DNA from: a virus | Strand: one strand, 5' to 3' | IMG/VR virus record: IMGVR_UViG_3300006329_000001 | Coordinates: 98,718 to 162,717 of that record | DNA length: 64,000 nucleotides | In this document: positions 9,626 through 17,614 of the stretch, in pieces | Layout of the letters: each line of letters starts with the position of its first letter | Position numbering within the stretch: position 1 is the first letter of the stretch | Program-made: the position numbers and the translations under genes | The notes under the pieces: model-generated | Told to the model about the DNA's origin: nothing | Databases searched by the model: none | Seen by the model: only the letters and a program-made list of their open reading frames with translations

Positions 9626-9787
9626 ATGAGAAATTTTTATATACGAAAAATATTTTTAATATAACATAATATAACGACCCCTCTGGGATACGTTTATAGC
9701 TTAGAAAGACGGTACTTTTTTAATTATAGACAACGAACGGACGAAATTAACTGTCATAAGTGTTAATAACTGTGTGCGTGCTATGTA

Positions 9788-9994
9788 TTACATAGTGTCC
9801 TCAATATATCCCACATCATAACATAAACCCTCTGCTATGAAGTAGTCACATAACTGTTGTAATTGTCCATGCAATTCTTCATTTAAACCTGTGTCAATTA
9901 GACCCTGTGCTAACAAGATCTGTTCATCAGGTGGACAACATCCAGACTCATAAAGTTCCAGGAGAAACTGTAAAGAATAGGGAATAGATTTCAT
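9788..9994 (-). CDS. Hypothetical protein
   Basis: 68-aa ORF; ATGA overlap with upstream ORF. Confidence 0.7.
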   Translation of the reverse strand: MKSIPYSLQFLLELYESGCCPPDEQILLAQGLIDTGLNEELHGQLQQLCDYFIAEGLCYDVGYIEDTM

Positions 9995-10173
9995 GCTAAT
10001 TGTTTACTATAACTCTCAGCATCTTTGAGTGCTAATTGATAAGATTTAAACGCTCCGTTAGGTTTACAATTTGGGTAATCATATGCCCAAAAATGTTTAC
10101 TACCCTTTGTCCACAATTTAATAGTAACTGGGGGGTTAGTTTCCAAAGTAATTGTTTTAGTCATTAGAGGCAA
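9991..10173 (-). CDS. Hypothetical protein
   Basis: 60-aa ORF; coupled to downstream ORF. Confidence 0.6.
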   Translation of the reverse strand: MPLMTKTITLETNPPVTIKLWTKGSKHFWAYDYPNCKPNGAFKSYQLALKDAESYSKQLA

Positions 10174-10225
10174 TTAAGGCAAAAAAGTGTTAAGCAATTA
10201 AGGCAATATAGGCATCTAATTCTTG

Positions 10226-10393
10226 TTACTTAGTGGGCATATTAGGCAGGTCATTGTTAATAGTTTTCCACAAGTCTGTGGATAACTTGTTAGAAACTCC
10301 CTTATGATTAGGTCGGGATTGTTTCCTCTTTTCTCTCAAACTTTTCGCCTTATGTGATACATAGAGGTCGTTTCGTTTGTATGTCCTACCCAT
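10226..10393 (-). CDS. Hypothetical basic 55-aa protein (not in ORF track)
   Basis: MGRTYKRNDLYVSHKAKSLREKRKQ...; directly downstream of a consensus sigma70 promoter. Confidence 0.65.
   Translation of the reverse strand: MGRTYKRNDLYVSHKAKSLREKRKQSRPNHKGVSNKLSTDLWKTINNDLPNMPTK
10264..10285. promoter_or_regulatory. Inverted pair of DnaA-box-type 9-mers
   Basis: TTTTCCACA (10264-10272) and TGTGGATAA (10277-10285, reverse complement of TTATCCACA). Confidence 0.5.
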
Positions 10394-10435
10394 TGGTAAT
10401 TAGTGTTATTAATTAACACTTAAGTAACTGCTAGT

Positions 10436-10464
10436 ATTATATAGCAAAAATGCCTATGTGTCAA
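10436..10464 (-). promoter_or_regulatory. Consensus sigma70 promoter
   Basis: TTGACA-N17-TATAAT exactly, on minus strand. Confidence 0.85.
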
Positions 10465-10590
10465 ATTGTGTTGACGTGCTGATAGTGTTGACAATTCGGT
10501 GATGATATGAGACAATTTGAGACACCAACAACTCCGTACATTCCGAAAGGTATAAAACACTTAACTATGTTTTTTAAAACATTTATAAAG

Positions 10591-10620
10591 TTTTCCACAA
10601 TTTCCCGTAACTGTGGATAA
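10591..10620. promoter_or_regulatory. Second inverted pair of DnaA-box-type 9-mers
   Basis: TTTTCCACA (10591-10599) and TGTGGATAA (10612-10620), intergenic. Confidence 0.5.
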
Positions 10621-10633
10621 CTCTATACGCCCA

Positions 10634-10849
10634 CTAGGTTATTTCTACCCAATTCTCTCTGGGGAACTCTGGTAACTCTGGGTCATTTGCTGACTTTAGT
10701 TCAGTTGCTGTGATGCCCTCTAGTGCATCAAAATGGGGATAAAACAGTTCATCTAGAATTTTCTCTGACATGACTTCCTGTTCATCATCCATAAAAACCC
10801 GATAATGCTTAAAGGCATTGTAGATTAGTTCATACTCTTTTCTGTTCAT
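10634..10849 (-). CDS. Hypothetical early protein
   Basis: 71-aa acidic ORF in a co-oriented array. Confidence 0.7.
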   Translation of the reverse strand: MNRKEYELIYNAFKHYRVFMDDEQEVMSEKILDELFYPHFDALEGITATELKSANDPELPEFPRENWVEIT

Positions 10850-10883
10850 TGGTTTCTGTCCTATAGTGTGAATAAATGGGGGA

Positions 10884-11222
10884 TTATCTCAAATAGAGAT
10901 AACCACCTGCCCAACTAGCACGATTTAGACATAAATTCCTGGAATTCTCGTCTAGTAGGTTATAGCGTACATGTTTAGCGGGTGCTTTCCATGAAGCAGG
11001 TTTGTAAACGTCACCTGTTTTTTTATCAACAAATGCGTGTACTGATCTACTGGAATACTCGCCATTTCTCTTTTCGCATTGGTTGATTTTAAAATACTTT
11101 CTACCTGATTCGATTCTAAACTGTAAATCTTGCCCCTGTGGGTACTGGTGGTTATAGTCCTCTGTGAGTGCTGTGCATAACTGTTGAGCGTAGTTTAGAA
11201 CTGGGTTTGTTGCTGTTGTCAT
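10884..11222 (-). CDS. Conserved phage hypothetical protein
   Basis: GRKYFKI...SVHAFVDKKTGDVYKPASWKAPAKHVRYNL, a motif I recognise from T4-like marine phages. Confidence 0.8.
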   Translation of the reverse strand: MTTATNPVLNYAQQLCTALTEDYNHQYPQGQDLQFRIESGRKYFKINQCEKRNGEYSSRSVHAFVDKKTGDVYKPASWKAPAKHVRYNLLDENSRNLCLNRASWAGGYLYLR

Positions 11223-11268
11223 GATGTTTAATAAAAAAAAATTTGCGTGCTGTGAGTGATTGTGAGAT

Positions 11269-11502
11269 TTACTGATTGATTGCTCTTGTGTTGATTACGA
11301 GGTCTCTGACTCTTTCCCTGTCTAGTGAGTCTCCGTTGCCCCAAGTGACGTGAGTTCCCTCTTCGCATAAATCCAGATAATTTAGTGTTGCTAGTGCTAA
11401 CTCTTGTCTGGTTAACCCTTGGATAGGGTAGAGGGCATCAGGATGACTAGGTAAATAGAACATTTCGCAATAGTCAAGAAAGTCTTTAAAATTAGTTGGC
11501 AT
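11269..11502 (-). CDS. Hypothetical early protein
   Basis: 77 aa with GDSLDRERVRD motif. Confidence 0.75.
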   Translation of the reverse strand: MPTNFKDFLDYCEMFYLPSHPDALYPIQGLTRQELALATLNYLDLCEEGTHVTWGNGDSLDRERVRDLVINTRAINQ

Positions 11503-11653
11503 TGTTCCATCCTCTGTAAATGTTTAAAATTGTCATTAACTCGTTGTATTCTTGAGTTGAGTATGCTCTTTTGTCCTCTGGTATGAAGTCTGACCAATCT
11601 GTGCCATCAAACTTGATTTCGAGGGTGTTTTCTGGTGAGAGTCTTGTTTGCAA
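11492..11653 (-). CDS. Hypothetical 53-aa early protein, TTG start (not in ORF track)
   Basis: First ORF after the promoter cassette and GGAG RBS; MQTRLSPENTLEIKFDG... Confidence 0.65.
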   Translation of the reverse strand: MQTRLSPENTLEIKFDGTDWSDFIPEDKRAYSTQEYNELMTILNIYRGWNNAN

Positions 11654-11662
11654 TTTTTGATG

Positions 11663-11743
11663 CTCCGTAGGTGTCTATAATAGTATTATAAAGGATTTTC
11701 TGAATAAAGTATATACAGAATGTGCGGAAATTAATCCGTCACA
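11663..11743 (-). promoter_or_regulatory. Early promoter/leader cassette, copy 1
   Basis: Upstream boxes TGTGACG..CCGCACA, then TATAAT-N3-ATTATAGACACCTACGGAG. Confidence 0.8.
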
Positions 11744-12117
11744 TTGTAGTGCTTTTTGATGAGATTTCTGTATCTAACTGCATTGCTTCCTAATACTGAT
11801 TCTATCGCTACCTCGTCAAATTCGATTCTGTCGATTTCCCACTTATCATTTTCGATTGCTCTAATAAATGCGTACTCGTCAGAATGTGCATCATGATCGA
11901 AATTGTTATATGTTAATGTGCCACCATATAGATTTCTGGTTAAATCCTCTCTTGAGTGAACATAAAAAACTGTGCATATGTGTGCATCATTTACTCTGAT
12001 CTCTGAAGTGAACTCGTTACCTGTGTGAGTTGAGTTCCATACCATTACGTTATTTCTTAAGGAACAGGTGTTTCTCTTGTCGATTGCTTCGATTACTCTT
12101 GTTTGGTAAGCATCCAT
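11731..12117 (-). CDS. Hypothetical early protein
   Basis: 128 aa, lying between cassette copies 2 and 1. Confidence 0.8.
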   Translation of the reverse strand: MDAYQTRVIEAIDKRNTCSLRNNVMVWNSTHTGNEFTSEIRVNDAHICTVFYVHSREDLTRNLYGGTLTYNNFDHDAHSDEYAFIRAIENDKWEIDRIEFDEVAIESVLGSNAVRYRNLIKKHYNVTD

Positions 12118-12125
12118 TTTTCGTA

Positions 12126-12206
12126 CTCCGTAGGTGTCTATAATATAATTATAGTCTATTTTGGTGCTTATTCTATACTGAGTGTGTAGATATTATTATT
12201 GGCACA
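12126..12206 (-). promoter_or_regulatory. Early promoter/leader cassette, copy 2
   Basis: TGTGCCA-N10-CTACACA, then TATAAT-N3-ATTATAGACACCTACGGAG. Confidence 0.8.
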
Positions 12207-12381
12207 AGATCGGTTTACAAATCTGTGTTTCTCTGCTCTTCTAATAATTGAGTAATACAATTATCAATACATTCGAAAATTGTGGTTTCTGTTCCCTCGT
12301 TATCCTTAGGTAGATTTCCAAAATCTGTGAATTCTGCCATCCTTCGAATATCGTAGAGATCGCATAAAATGTCTTGTATGT

Positions 12382-12645
12382 TCATGAAAGTTCCTCCAAA
12401 TTAAATTCCTTTTGTATGTCCTCAAATATAATACTATCCCAAGAATTCATTTCCTCAAATACACTTTGCTGTCCTGTATCTTGTCTTATGTTCTCGAAAT
12501 CAATATGACTTGACTCTGCAATTAATTCTCTCATCTGATCGGGTGTAAGGTTATTTACATAATCGTTAACAAATTTCCTTACTACCTTATCATATTCCTT
12601 AATTGATAATGTCATCATGCCACCTCCAAATCTGATAGATAGCAC
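12382..12645 (-). CDS. Hypothetical early protein
   Basis: Acidic ORF; true start probably MMTLS. Confidence 0.7.
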   Translation of the reverse strand: MLSIRFGGGMMTLSIKEYDKVVRKFVNDYVNNLTPDQMRELIAESSHIDFENIRQDTGQQSVFEEMNSWDSIIFEDIQKEFNLEELS

Positions 12646-12905
12646 TCAACTGTCATCATTTCATATTCGATAATGTCTGTCATGATAACTGCATAGTTAT
12701 TAATTGGTTCACATATAACAACGTGACCTGTTAAATCGTCATGTATTTTTGACTTAACATTAGTTCCAATTTTAATCATTGTGCCATGTCCTCAAATAGT
12801 CGGTTAGTTAGTGCAATTTGCTCATCCTCTGTGAGTTCGGGAAAATCTGCTTGCACTTCCTCAAATAGATTTTCCAGGATTTCGGTGTTTACTGAATGTG
12901 ACATA

Positions 12906-13103
12906 TTAAACTCCAACCATTTTTGCTATATCTGCCATGAACTCTTCATATTTCCATTGTGCTGATTGAGTTAACATTTTTGCTCCGTACATAGGAAAAT
13001 CGCCTGTGTCCTTCGCTTCTGCTACTACCTCGTCATAACATGCTTGGAAAATACCTTCCTGTGTTACTGGGTATGCTGTGATGTCAATGTATAAGAATTG
13101 CAT
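12906..13103 (-). CDS. Hypothetical early protein
   Basis: First ORF after cassette copy 3, with GGAG RBS. Confidence 0.8.
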   Translation of the reverse strand: MQFLYIDITAYPVTQEGIFQACYDEVVAEAKDTGDFPMYGAKMLTQSAQWKYEEFMADIAKMVGV

Positions 13104-13112
13104 TTTTAAAGT

Positions 13113-13193
13113 CTCCGTAGGTGTCTATAATACTATTATAATAAAAAATAGGACTAATTTAATACTGAGTGTGTAGATTTCTTTTCTGTCCAC
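13113..13193 (-). promoter_or_regulatory. Early promoter/leader cassette, copy 3
   Basis: GTGGACA-N10-CTACACA, then TATAAT-N3-ATTATAGACACCTACGGAG. Confidence 0.8.
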
Positions 13194-13202
13194 CATTTGC
13201 TT

Positions 13203-13388
13203 TTAATTCTCTGAATCTATGGTAAGTAAACCATCATGTAATATCTGGAATAAATCAGATAACTCATTTACTAATTTTTCATCATCATTACCTTGCATAT
13301 ATCCCTCAATGGTATAAAGTAAGGTTTCGATTTGATAATTAGTGAAATCGTATGATGCTGTTGTTTTAGGTGTGATAGTTACTTTCAT
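13203..13388 (-). CDS. Hypothetical early protein
   Basis: ATGA-coupled 61-aa ORF. Confidence 0.7.
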   Translation of the reverse strand: MKVTITPKTTASYDFTNYQIETLLYTIEGYMQGNDDEKLVNELSDLFQILHDGLLTIDSEN

Positions 13389-13594
13389 TTTCTTATTTCG
13401 TAGTAAATGTTAGTGATCTCATAACCTGATTTATCAGTAATTAGATCGATTAGGTCATTTTCGTTGTTTGCTTCGTATTGTCCTAAATGCCGATCTCTAA
13501 GTGCAATTTCCTCATCATAAGTAAATTGTAAATCTGGGTCTCCATCCCCTATCTCATCTAAGTAAAACTCAATATCAGTTACTAAGTATTTCAT
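13385..13594 (-). CDS. Hypothetical early protein
   Basis: ATGA-coupled acidic 69-aa ORF. Confidence 0.75.
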   Translation of the reverse strand: MKYLVTDIEFYLDEIGDGDPDLQFTYDEEIALRDRHLGQYEANNENDLIDLITDKSGYEITNIYYEIRK

Positions 13595-13842
13595 GACTCA
13601 ATTAACCTCAATTCTTTATAATTATGACACATAATCCTTTGATTATCGTTATTAATTAATACAGTACGATTTGATGCAGGTGTATATCCTTTTGCATCAA
13701 TTTGTCCTTTAATGTAGTTAATTAACACATAATAAACTCTATCATTAAATGATACTAAATCACCTACTCCAATATGGTAAGGTGTATGATATTGATTATT
13801 TGGCATTGTAAACCTCACCTGATAATACTTTATCAAATACAC
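13591..13842 (-). CDS. Hypothetical early protein
   Basis: ORF in the array; start probably MPNNQ. Confidence 0.65.
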   Translation of the reverse strand: MYLIKYYQVRFTMPNNQYHTPYHIGVGDLVSFNDRVYYVLINYIKGQIDAKGYTPASNRTVLINNDNQRIMCHNYKELRLIES

Positions 13843-14264
13843 TTCTCTGGAGATCGGTCAATTCGAAATCCATATCCCTGAGAATGTCATATAATTTGAT
13901 GAGTTCATATTGCTCATCAAATGTTATCGCAAATAGGTTCACTTCATCACCTCATCAACTAAGTTATCATATGTTTGGATGTCCCATCCTTTTTGCTCTG
14001 GTACATCCATTTCATAAGCAAACATAACTAAGTCCTGTAAGTACTCAAGTTGTGAATCTGTCAATTTTAAAGTTTTCATGATCTTATACTGTTATAAATG
14101 GTTGATTAAGTTGGATAGGGTCGGTTTCATTCGCTAGAAATATATTACTAGCAACGTGGTAACCCTTATAGGATTTGTTGTAAACTATTACATCCTGTAA
14201 TAGTTGGTCATCAGTTAAATTACTGAGTTCGGTTAATAGGTCGAGATACTTCATTAATTACTCC

Positions 14265-14582
14265 TTATGAAAATGCTAGTTCGAAACCATTTACAAAATC
14301 CTCGGATAGATTTTTGTAACCTACGAACCACTCCCAGTTCTTCTGAAATACTCTTGCACCATAAGAAAACTCATAGCAAAGTGCATTTAGTCTGGATTTG
14401 GTGGTGTTGCTCTGCCAACCACCATCAAAGAGAATTAAAGAGTTGTTTGTAACAGTTGCAATATGGTTACCATGTAGGTAAACGTTAGCACCTTCTGAAT
14501 CATGAGTAACTTGTGTGTTACTGTTGCTGAAGTTGCTTCCGTTGCGGATTGCTCTGTTCATTGCTCTTTCGATTTGTCTCAT
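14265..14582 (-). CDS. Conserved cyanophage early hypothetical protein
   Basis: MRQIERAMNRAI...VYLHGNHIA...DGGWQSNTTKSRLNAL; strong AAAGGAG RBS. Confidence 0.85.
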   Translation of the reverse strand: MRQIERAMNRAIRNGSNFSNSNTQVTHDSEGANVYLHGNHIATVTNNSLILFDGGWQSNTTKSRLNALCYEFSYGARVFQKNWEWFVGYKNLSEDFVNGFELAFS

Positions 14583-14604
14583 GAATTCTCCTTTGAGATT
14601 GATT

Positions 14605-14660
14605 TGGGTTAAGGGTCAGGTGACGTGAGAGGCATAACCCATGACTCCGTTTGACCCTTA
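14605..14660 (-). ncRNA. Candidate structured 5' leader RNA with possible pseudoknot
   Basis: 9-bp closing stem UAAGGGUCA/UGACCCUUA; inner hairpin loop GGGUU complementary to AACCC just 3' of the stem; starts at the predicted TSS. Confidence 0.5.
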
Positions 14661-14667
14661 TGAATCT

Positions 14668-14725
14668 ATTATAGTCGATCAGGTCGCTTATTCTATATAA
14701 AATGGACACTCTTTTAACTGTCCAC
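14668..14725 (-). promoter_or_regulatory. Early promoter with upstream palindromic boxes
   Basis: TGGACA-N10-TGTCCA upstream of TATAAT (14668-14673). Confidence 0.75.
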
Positions 14726-14828
14726 TCAATATTTACTTCGTTCGCATTGTATGGTAGGTGATATGCTATTGTAGTTTATGGTAAGGTTTATTGTAGATAA
14801 CAATACCAATAGTGTTAAACATATATTT

Positions 14829-15149
14829 CTATACATCTTCTAGAAATATAATGCTATCATTTTGTCTAGACCAATTATCAGGTATTGCATCAGGTGGTGG
14901 GATGAGTGGTTCATATAATCCTCTACCTTTTGGAATAGGTACTAATTTTAATCTATTATTAAGTGAAAATCGATCTATCAAAATATCATTTAATACATTA
15001 ATCGATTCATTCATTTGTTGATAACCTCTACCTACAAATATTTGACCACTAACTACACTTATTGTAGCAATGCCCCAAAATAGATAATAAAATCTGCTTT
15101 TAACTTGTGCTTTAATTTTAGTCTTTTTAGTTGTGTAATCCTTAACCAT
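14829..15149 (-). CDS. Hypothetical membrane protein
   Basis: KAQVKSRFYYLFWGIATISVVSGQIFVG, one TM segment. Confidence 0.75.
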   Translation of the reverse strand: MVKDYTTKKTKIKAQVKSRFYYLFWGIATISVVSGQIFVGRGYQQMNESINVLNDILIDRFSLNNRLKLVPIPKGRGLYEPLIPPPDAIPDNWSRQNDSIIFLEDV

Positions 15150-15384
15150 GCTTAACCTCGAAATGCTTTTTAATTGTTAAATGTCTGACTATCTCAAATA
15201 ATTTGTTATAGTCAACTCCTTCCCACTCTGTCCACTCTGAAACATAATCAGATTGAGATTTATCAAATCCTCCTTTTATTAAGGTAGGTGCTGACATTAA
15301 TTCATTATTAGTATCGAACCAAAATGTTCTTCCGAACTCTTCAGATACTATATAATTCTCATCATTATAAAGTTTTCTGTTCAT
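15142..15384 (-). CDS. Hypothetical early protein
   Basis: Overlapping co-oriented ORF. Confidence 0.7.
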   Translation of the reverse strand: MNRKLYNDENYIVSEEFGRTFWFDTNNELMSAPTLIKGGFDKSQSDYVSEWTEWEGVDYNKLFEIVRHLTIKKHFEVKHG

Positions 15385-15643
15385 TTAATCTGTCCTCCAT
15401 TGGTTTTTTAAATTTACTGTTTGCATAGTCTTTAACTTCATTAACAACGTCATCAAAATGATCTTCCCAATAGTTAATACAATCATCTATAAATTCTGTT
15501 TCTGATTGAGAATCTACATATCTATTCATGTCATCAATTACATAACTAACTAAATCTTTTACTGACATATTATCAACAATTCTATCAACATAATGATATT
15601 TTAATTCTTGTAATTCTTCAGTTGTTAGTTTTGGATTTGTCAT
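15365..15643 (-). CDS. Hypothetical early protein
   Basis: 92-aa acidic helical ORF. Confidence 0.75.
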   Translation of the reverse strand: MTNPKLTTEELQELKYHYVDRIVDNMSVKDLVSYVIDDMNRYVDSQSETEFIDDCINYWEDHFDDVVNEVKDYANSKFKKPMEDRLNEQKTL

Positions 15644-15910
15644 TTAATTGTCCTCCTCTAGTGATTGATCTAATTTAGTTTCATCAGGTTGTTCAGTAAG
15701 TGATTCATCATAAACTCTGATTGATAATTCACCCATGTGATGATCTGGAAATCCGTTTCTATCAAGTGCTTCGCCCACTATTCCCCAGATTTTATGAACT
15801 TCGGCATCATTTAGATAGAGTGCCATGTTATAATAGAATTCATTTTGCATTGTCAAGTCTCTCCATAATGTGTGAATCGAAAGGGAAATTTGGATGTGTT
15901 TTTCTAACAT
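15644..15910 (-). CDS. Hypothetical early protein
   Basis: Start probably MQNEF. Confidence 0.65.
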   Translation of the reverse strand: MLEKHIQISLSIHTLWRDLTMQNEFYYNMALYLNDAEVHKIWGIVGEALDRNGFPDHHMGELSIRVYDESLTEQPDETKLDQSLEEDN

Positions 15911-16031
15911 CCTCTGCCCATATTTTGAGTTGTTTATCTGACATTAAACTCAATTCTGGTTCATGTCTGTTAAGCACTCTAGGCAATTTAAACCTATGAA
16001 ATTGCGTTGTGTTACACATTTTCATCCTCAT
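15840..16031 (-). CDS. Hypothetical early protein
   Basis: 63-aa ORF in the array. Confidence 0.55.
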   Translation of the reverse strand: MRMKMCNTTQFHRFKLPRVLNRHEPELSLMSDKQLKIWAEDVRKTHPNFPFDSHIMERLDNAK

Positions 16032-16151
16032 CTACTGTGAAGCGAACATATGTTAATCCTTCTGTTTGCTGAACAAATGAAGCATCTAGGTCATGCTCTA
16101 AAACAAAATCAGTAATTAAACTTTCTAATTTTGATCTGGTTATGTAAGAAG

Positions 16152-16337
16152 TCATGTTACATCCTCTGGGTCAAATTGGTCATAAACTGTTGCTGTTAGT
16201 TGCATATCCCACAATTCTGGATAGACATTTTGGGCATTTAAGGCATCTGAAAAAATCTCTGAGATCAATTCTAGTTTCTCTACTGTGAGTAGAGGATAGA
16301 TGTCAAATTGTATTGGTTCTTTAGTCTGCATCTTCAT
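16152..16337 (-). CDS. Hypothetical early protein
   Basis: Acidic ORF in the array. Confidence 0.65.
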   Translation of the reverse strand: MKMQTKEPIQFDIYPLLTVEKLELISEIFSDALNAQNVYPELWDMQLTATVYDQFDPEDVT

Positions 16338-16506
16338 CTACCTCGATTGATCTCATGAACTGTGATGTAAACTCATCTAGTTTTTCTCTTGTTGTTATTC
16401 TGGAATCTGTTACCTTATCATCAGACTCACCAAAATAATAAAAGTATTTGTTTAGATTATTGATGAGATTTAAGAGTGCTATCTCATTTGTTGTGTAGTC
16501 GCTCAT
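16321..16506 (-). CDS. Hypothetical early protein
   Basis: TAATG-coupled ORF. Confidence 0.7.
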   Translation of the reverse strand: MSDYTTNEIALLNLINNLNKYFYYFGESDDKVTDSRITTREKLDEFTSQFMRSIEVDEDAD

Positions 16507-16769
16507 TAGTCTGCTGTTCCTCCATAATACTTGTAGTGGTCATCAATAGTTTCATCATTGTGGATGTAACCCTCGTCATCAACATAACCTGCATCCATGT
16601 AGTAATCAAGTTGTTCTCTGAGAGTTTGTTGCTCTTCATTGGTTAGTTTCTGAATGAAACCACCAACAACATCAGCAAGGAAATCTGAATCTTTATGTGC
16701 TTGTCTTACTGTGTCTCTTGTGAGATCAGATAGATTGATTTCAGATTTGGGTGTTCTAGGTGTAATCAT
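16506..16769 (-). CDS. Hypothetical early protein
   Basis: ATGA-coupled 87-aa ORF. Confidence 0.75.
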   Translation of the reverse strand: MITPRTPKSEINLSDLTRDTVRQAHKDSDFLADVVGGFIQKLTNEEQQTLREQLDYYMDAGYVDDEGYIHNDETIDDHYKYYGGTAD

Positions 16770-16957
16770 AATTCTGATAGATTTTGTAAGAGTAAGAACT
16801 CATACTGGATGTCCTCATCTTCTGGGTCAACACCATCAACTACCCATTCTTGGAATAGAGCATGAGCATTTTCGTATTGCTCATTGGTTATTTGATGTGT
16901 AATAGACTTGAGAAGTGAGTCACCCATGTTGTCGATTAATGGTTGTCTGTCAATCAT
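16766..16957 (-). CDS. Hypothetical early protein
   Basis: First ORF after the promoter at 16986-17044. Confidence 0.75.
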   Translation of the reverse strand: MIDRQPLIDNMGDSLLKSITHQITNEQYENAHALFQEWVVDGVDPEDEDIQYEFLLLQNLSEL

Positions 16958-16985
16958 GAGTGGTAGTTCTCTTGTGTATGAACTA

Positions 16986-17044
16986 ATTATAGTCTATTTT
17001 ATGGTAGAATTCATTGTAATATGTGCGGTATTATTATTGGCACA
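16986..17044 (-). promoter_or_regulatory. Early promoter with upstream boxes
   Basis: TGTGCCA-N9-CCGCACA upstream of TATAAT; shares blocks with cassette copy 2. Confidence 0.75.
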
Positions 17045-17614
17045 CTACCGAACATCCAAATTAAATGATAGAGTGGTTCTCTTAGTATCATTCTTTTGTA
17101 GGTGAACTCCATGACGTATGAAACTAGGAAATACTATCATATCACCTTGACGTATGGGTGGGTACATGATAGGGTCTTGTTTCATGATATGAGTATAACC
17201 TGAGATAGTATGATCTAGATTCATATTCTCAAAATAGAATTTAGCATCCTTCTCAGCATCATAGTTAATGAATATCACACCACTAAAATTGATGAACTCT
17301 GGAAATTGTATATGGTGATGTGGTTCTTGCCAATTACCTTGATTATATACATTTACCCAACTGTTAACTATTTTAATATTCACCTCAGGTGGAAAATATT
17401 GATATAGATATGGTGCTAAGAATTGTCCTAACTCATCAGGTGGTATTATGTCATTCTCATCAAAGAATGTTGTAGTTGTATCACAATTCCATTTATCCTT
17501 ACTACTTGATAATAGATGAGAACAAGAATCAGTTAATTGTCCAAAAATATCACCATGATCTCTAATATGAACATGATGATATTTGATAGGGAATAAATCG
17601 TATGTATTCCTCAT
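17045..17614 (-). CDS. Putative 2OG-Fe(II) oxygenase (TIGR02466-like)
   Basis: WVNVY..G.WQEPHHH..FSG, GDMIVFPSFIRH, RTTLSFN. Confidence 0.85.
   Translation of the reverse strand: MRNTYDLFPIKYHHVHIRDHGDIFGQLTDSCSHLLSSSKDKWNCDTTTTFFDENDIIPPDELGQFLAPYLYQYFPPEVNIKIVNSWVNVYNQGNWQEPHHHIQFPEFINFSGVIFINYDAEKDAKFYFENMNLDHTISGYTHIMKQDPIMYPPIRQGDMIVFPSFIRHGVHLQKNDTKRTTLSFNLDVR

Noticed and set aside
11663-13140. Repeats as a CRISPR array
   Set aside because: Spacing is long and irregular (463 and 987 nt), the spacers hold genes, the repeat contains a -10 box and RBS, and no cas operon is present
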